Assembly (NCBI GenBank): GCA_965226025.1
Contig: CBDDCD010000002.1
Coordinates: 2,662,216 to 2,726,215, forward strand
DNA length: 64,000 nt
Direction: 5' to 3'
Origin: Candidatus Moanibacter sp.
Lineage (GTDB): Bacteria; Verrucomicrobiota; Verrucomicrobiia; Opitutales; UBA2987
The notes beneath the pieces were generated by a model. It was not told the DNA's origin and did not search any database. It saw only the letters and a program-made list of their open reading frames with translations. Positions 62,425-64,000 of this stretch are shown here, piece after piece (the stretch's first letter is position 1; every line of letters starts with the position of its first letter). The position numbers and the translations under genes were made by a program.

Positions 62425-63903
62425 ATGAAAAATATTGCCGTACAAAGCTTCCTGCGTCCAGCCCTAACTCCAGTCATTCGATGCAAAGACTACACCGTGT
62501 TTCTGGAAACAATGGAGCGGATTGACCGGGTTTTGATCGACTCCTCGCTGGAAAGGGAGGCGATCGTAAAAGCCTTGGAAGGATGGGATGAAGCGGGAGG
62601 GAAGGATCGGGAGCGACGCGCTCTAAGAGCGATAAAAGCGCTGCGGGTGGAGGTGGTGCGTCATTTACTCGGAGGGATATCCTTTCGTTGTCTGTCGCAG
62701 GAGTTGGGACGCAGTGAGCTTCTGGCTAATTTTTGCCGGGTGCGTGAGGTAGACGGGATCCGGAAAATATCGAAGAGCAGTCTGGAACGGGATTCGAAAT
62801 TCTTCGACGAAGCGTATCTGAGACAGCTGCATGCAAGGATGACCGAGGTGGTGGGCAATGCTGAACATTGTGGTGAGGCAGGATTAGAGAAGCCGATCGA
62901 TACGAGGGAATGCCTGATCGACGCCACTTGCCTGGAAGCGAACATCCACTGGCCCGTGGACTGGGTCTTGCTCAAGGATGTGGGAGCAACGCTGCTCAAG
63001 GCGATCAGTCTGATCCGGCAGGCGGGAATGAAACAGCGCATGCCCCAGGGAGCAAAGGGATTGGCTCGGGAGATGAACAAACGGTGCCTGGAGATGACGC
63101 ATGCGCGTCGGCGCCGGGAGGCGGGCAAAGCGCGTAAAGGGATCCTGCGGCGGATGAAGCTATTGCTCAAGAAGATTGAGGGCCATGCCCTTCGCCACCG
63201 TGACTTATTGGAAGCTATGTGGATGCAAAGCGATTACACCGAGAAGAAGGCGAGCCGAATCATCGAGCGAATGGATGGTATGTTAGAGCAGATACCGCAG
63301 GTCATGAAACAGGCGCACGAACGGATCATAGGGGGGCGGCAGGTGAAGAATGAGGAGAAGATCCTGAGCGCCTACGAACCTGAGATTGACGTCATCGTGC
63401 GAGGCAAGGCAGATCGGGAGGTGGAGTTTGGCAACACCCTTTATTTATGCGAGAGCGCAGAGGGATATCTGTTGGACTGGAAACTGTATGGGGGGCAGGC
63501 CCCGAGCGAATTGAAGCAGCTTTGGGAAAGTCTGGAGAGGCAAAAGGGCTTCGCTTTAGAGGAGAAGATCGAAGCGATCAGTGGGGATCGGGGCTATGCC
63601 TCGAAGGCGGCCAGCAAGCGGCTCCAGGCAGAGGGGATTTTTGACGCCCTTACGCCCCGCAATCCACAAGAGCTCAAGGAGCGGATGGAGGAGCCGCGCT
63701 TTGTCCGGTTGCAGCGACGACGAGGGAGCACCGAAGGCCGGATCGGAGTGCTCAAGAACCGATGGCACGGGGGCAAGATACGCAGCAAAGGCTTTGACAA
63801 CCGTAACCTTAGCGTGGCCTGGTCGGTTCTGTCCCACAATCTATGGAAAATCGCGCAGAGACTTGCGCAAGAACATGAGAAAGAGGCAACGCAGGCGGCA
63901 TAG
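62425..63903 (+). CDS. IS4/IS5-superfamily DDE transposase (IS5/ISNCY-like)
   Basis: ISGDRGYASKA and the C-terminal GSTEGRIGVLKNRW (E-x6-K type signature). Element ends are not defined; the right end may lie beyond the window. Confidence 0.7.
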   Translation: MKNIAVQSFLRPALTPVIRCKDYTVFLETMERIDRVLIDSSLEREAIVKALEGWDEAGGKDRERRALRAIKALRVEVVRHLLGGISFRCLSQELGRSELLANFCRVREVDGIRKISKSSLERDSKFFDEAYLRQLHARMTEVVGNAEHCGEAGLEKPIDTRECLIDATCLEANIHWPVDWVLLKDVGATLLKAISLIRQAGMKQRMPQGAKGLAREMNKRCLEMTHARRRREAGKARKGILRRMKLLLKKIEGHALRHRDLLEAMWMQSDYTEKKASRIIERMDGMLEQIPQVMKQAHERIIGGRQVKNEEKILSAYEPEIDVIVRGKADREVEFGNTLYLCESAEGYLLDWKLYGGQAPSELKQLWESLERQKGFALEEKIEAISGDRGYASKAASKRLQAEGIFDALTPRNPQELKERMEEPRFVRLQRRRGSTEGRIGVLKNRWHGGKIRSKGFDNRNLSVAWSVLSHNLWKIAQRLAQEHEKEATQAA

Positions 63904-64000
63904 GGATCCAAGAATCGAGTCAGAGGCGCTTCCTTGGGAGAACTATCGACTCAAAGCGAGAGGAAGGGTGCTGGAAAGGTGCATAACGGATAAAAGGTAA

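Overview
This is a 64-kb chromosomal segment. From gene content it most resembles a marine PVC-group bacterium (Verrucomicrobiota/Planctomycetota-like); that placement is inference only. I recognise about 35 protein genes.

Gene content:
- Glycan and carbohydrate metabolism dominates: two Gfo/Idh/MocA oxidoreductases, three beta-propeller or BNR glycosidase-like genes, a LacI regulator next to a TonB-dependent receptor, an enolase-superfamily dehydratase, a TIM-barrel isomerase, a PhyH dioxygenase and an SGNH hydrolase.
- One minus-strand string encodes a large membrane protein, a UDP-galactopyranose-mutase-like flavoprotein, a GT2 and a sulfotransferase.
- Two paralogous ABC importer modules fuse the family-5 binding protein to a permease.
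- There is an acoABCX-like acetoin/2-oxoacid dehydrogenase operon and a very large secreted repeat protein.
- Mobile genes: IS110, IS1634 and IS5-like transposases, plus two HUH/RAYT-like genes (one frameshifted).
- I recognised no rRNA, tRNA or CRISPR array.

Most notable observations:
1. A 1,386-codon CRTAC1-like protein (FG-GAP + ASPIC/UnbV + thioredoxin-like WCVPC + TPR) is interrupted by a single in-frame TGA. A SECIS-like hairpin follows immediately, so this is either a candidate selenoprotein or a nonsense mutation.
2. Almost every intergenic gap holds one of at least six families of hairpin repeats.
   - One family has arms built from 12-nt tandem units. These arms enclose a four-helix-bundle (23S-rRNA-IVS-protein family) gene, a remnant of one, or no ORF.
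   - Another is a GC-rich palindrome-pair family that flanks a RAYT pseudogene in a REPtron-like arrangement.
3. The SBP-permease fusions have a conserved hairpin spanning the stop codon, and no ATPase gene is nearby.
4. Four genes are split by apparent 1-nt deletions within or beside short homopolymer runs. That pattern suggests assembly indels rather than biology.

All functional calls rest on motif recognition by eye. No database search was run.
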